A program made the translations under genes and the position numbers. The notes beneath the pieces were generated by a model, which saw only the letters and a program-made list of their open reading frames with translations, ran no database searches and was not told the origin of the DNA. Of a stretch of 24,000 nt of DNA, positions 22,566 to 24,000 are shown piece after piece. Source of the DNA: Eubacteriales bacterium (GTDB taxonomy: Bacteria; Bacillota; Clostridia; Oscillospirales; CAG-272); NCBI GenBank assembly GCA_045636385.1, contig JAZTXK010000030.1:37578-61577 (forward strand), written 5' to 3'. Every line of letters starts with the position of its first letter. Position 1 is the stretch's first letter.

Positions 22566-23627
22566 ATGAAAAAAATTATTGCAGTTTTCGGCACTCGCCC
22601 CGAGGCGGTCAAGATGTGCCCGCTCATCCTCGAGCTGAAAAAGCGCGAGTGCTTTGACGTCAAAGTCTGCCTTACGGGACAGCACCGCGAGATGCTCGAT
22701 TCGGTTACCGAGCTCTTCGGAATCAAGGCGGATTACGATCTTTCGGTAATGGCGAAGGAGCAAACGCTCGGCGGTATGACCGCAAGGATCATCGACGGCG
22801 CAGAGTGGGTATTCGAAGAAGAAAAGCCCGATCTCGTCCTCGTTCACGGCGACACGGCAAGCGCGTTTGCGGCGTCGCTCGCGGCGTTTTATATGAAGAT
22901 ACCCGTCGGACACGTCGAGGCGGGACTTCGGACGTACGATATTTCGTCACCCTACCCCGAGGAATTCAACCGCCGCGCGATCTCGATGATGTCGAGCTTT
23001 GACTTTGCCCCCACCGAGGCGGCGAGGGAGAATCTGATCAAAGAAGGAAAGGCTCCCGAACGTATTTTCGTGACGGGAAATACCGTTGTTGACGCGTTGA
23101 ATTTCACGGCAAATGATGTAAAAACGGATGAAGACCTCGTTCTTTTCACCGCGCACCGCCGTGAAAGCATCGGCGATCCGATGCGGAATATTTTTTCCGC
23201 CGTCCGTTCGATAGCGCGGAAATATCCCGATATGAAGATCTTGTATCCCGTCCATCCAAACCCCGCTGTCCGAAATATAGCCGAGGAAATCCTCGGCGAG
23301 GTAGAGAATATCGACCTCTGCGAGCCGCTTGATCTGAAAGAATTCCATTCACTCCTCGCGCGATCATACCTCGTTATGACCGATAGCGGCGGCGTTCAGG
23401 AGGAGGCGGCGGCACTCGGAAAGCCCACTCTCGTCCTCCGCGATAAAACCGAGCGTAGAGAGGGCGGTTCGCTTATCCTCGTCGGAACGAAAGCGGACGA
23501 TATCGTACCAGCATTCGACCGCCTTGTAGGCGACAAAAACTATTATGAGTCAATAAAAAACGCCCCCAATCCCTTCGGCGACGGTAAGGCATCCGAAAGG
23601 ATTGCGGATATTCTTGAAAGGATATAA
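22566..23627 (+). CDS. wecB: UDP-N-acetylglucosamine 2-epimerase (non-hydrolysing)
   Basis: IIAVFGTRPEAVKMCPLI, LTGQHREML, VLVHGDTASAFAASLAAFYMKIPVGHVEAGLRTY, PYPEEFNRR, VTGNTVVDAL and LVMTDSGGVQEEAAALGKPTLVLRD. Confidence 0.9.
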   Translation: MKKIIAVFGTRPEAVKMCPLILELKKRECFDVKVCLTGQHREMLDSVTELFGIKADYDLSVMAKEQTLGGMTARIIDGAEWVFEEEKPDLVLVHGDTASAFAASLAAFYMKIPVGHVEAGLRTYDISSPYPEEFNRRAISMMSSFDFAPTEAARENLIKEGKAPERIFVTGNTVVDALNFTANDVKTDEDLVLFTAHRRESIGDPMRNIFSAVRSIARKYPDMKILYPVHPNPAVRNIAEEILGEVENIDLCEPLDLKEFHSLLARSYLVMTDSGGVQEEAAALGKPTLVLRDKTERREGGSLILVGTKADDIVPAFDRLVGDKNYYESIKNAPNPFGDGKASERIADILERI

Positions 23628-23629
23628 AA

Positions 23630-23971
23630 ATGGCACTTAAAATTCTTGAAAATAATGAAAACGGTTATCATCCTCTTGTGAAATTCGGTGCTTGGCGAGT
23701 TGCTGTGGCGAATCCGTGTGATAAGTGGGTCGAGGGCAACGTAACCTTTATGGAACGCCATATGAAGACGGACGAGGTCTTCGTTCTTCTTCAGGGCGTA
23801 GCCGCGCTCTATATCGGTGACGCGCGGGAAAAAATACCGATGGAGATCGGCAAGGTCTATAACGTCGAGTTCGGAACGTGGCACAACCTCTGTATGGAGG
23901 AAGGCTCTCAGGTTCTCATCGTGGAAAACGACGATACCTGCAGAGAAAATACCGAATATTGTGATTTTTGA
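23630..23971 (+). CDS. Small cupin-like beta-barrel protein
   Basis: 113 aa. The layout H..TDEVFVLLQGVAALYIGD....MEIGKVYNVEFGTWHN....GSQVLIVEN is cupin-like. It starts 2 nt after the wecB stop. Confidence 0.5.
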   Translation: MALKILENNENGYHPLVKFGAWRVAVANPCDKWVEGNVTFMERHMKTDEVFVLLQGVAALYIGDAREKIPMEIGKVYNVEFGTWHNLCMEEGSQVLIVENDDTCRENTEYCDF

Positions 23972-23978
23972 CAGAAAG

Positions 23979-24000
23979 CTCTCCCTCGGTCGAGGGAGAG
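23979..24000 (+). terminator. Probable terminator hairpin, truncated by the window edge
   Basis: CTCTCCCTCG-GT-CGAGGGAGAG. Any U-tract would lie outside the window. Confidence 0.4.

Overview
The window looks like a chromosomal segment from a Firmicutes/Clostridia-type anaerobe. Coding regions are GC-rich at third codon positions and intergenic regions are AT-rich. Start sites carry strong GGAGG-type Shine-Dalgarno sequences, promoters are of the TRTGnTATAAT type with exact 17-bp spacers, and several proteins have lipobox signal peptides. I call about 24 protein genes. Housekeeping or accessory metabolism makes up most of it: two tandem CaCA Ca2+/Na+ exchangers, a GH16 glycosidase, a GDPD, a four-gene hydrolase operon (EEP, alkaline-phosphatase-like, histidine phosphatase, SGNH), a BspA-type LRR lipoprotein, GH20 plus a CocE/NonD hydrolase, a tartrate-dehydrogenase-like enzyme plus a URO-D-like protein, a CE2-like esterase/beta-helix lipoprotein, and MATE-WecB-cupin. 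Five things are not explained by ordinary annotation. (1) An ECF-type sigma factor is fused to an ~870-aa soluble C-terminal region and has no anti-sigma neighbour (3341-6532). (2) A visibly AT-rich islet (about 14.6-16.3 kb) holds an XRE regulator facing, across a perfect 23-bp palindrome, an operon of two paralogous small lipoproteins and two paralogous zinc-ribbon membrane proteins. (3) A second AT-rich insert (about 9.7-10.4 kb) carries a small PBECR-like putative nuclease/toxin gene. It is followed by an orphan perfect-consensus promoter driving a ~140-nt structured non-coding transcript with tandem terminators, and the whole insert is bracketed by a duplicated terminator-promoter cassette. 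(4) An intercistronic array at 12817-12895 has four ~20-nt units, each a covarying GC hairpin with a GNA triloop plus a constant YUAUCAU spacer. (5) The GDPD gene and the hydrolase operon share a near-identical promoter module. All family assignments come from motif recognition by eye. No database search, fold prediction or GC calculation was run.
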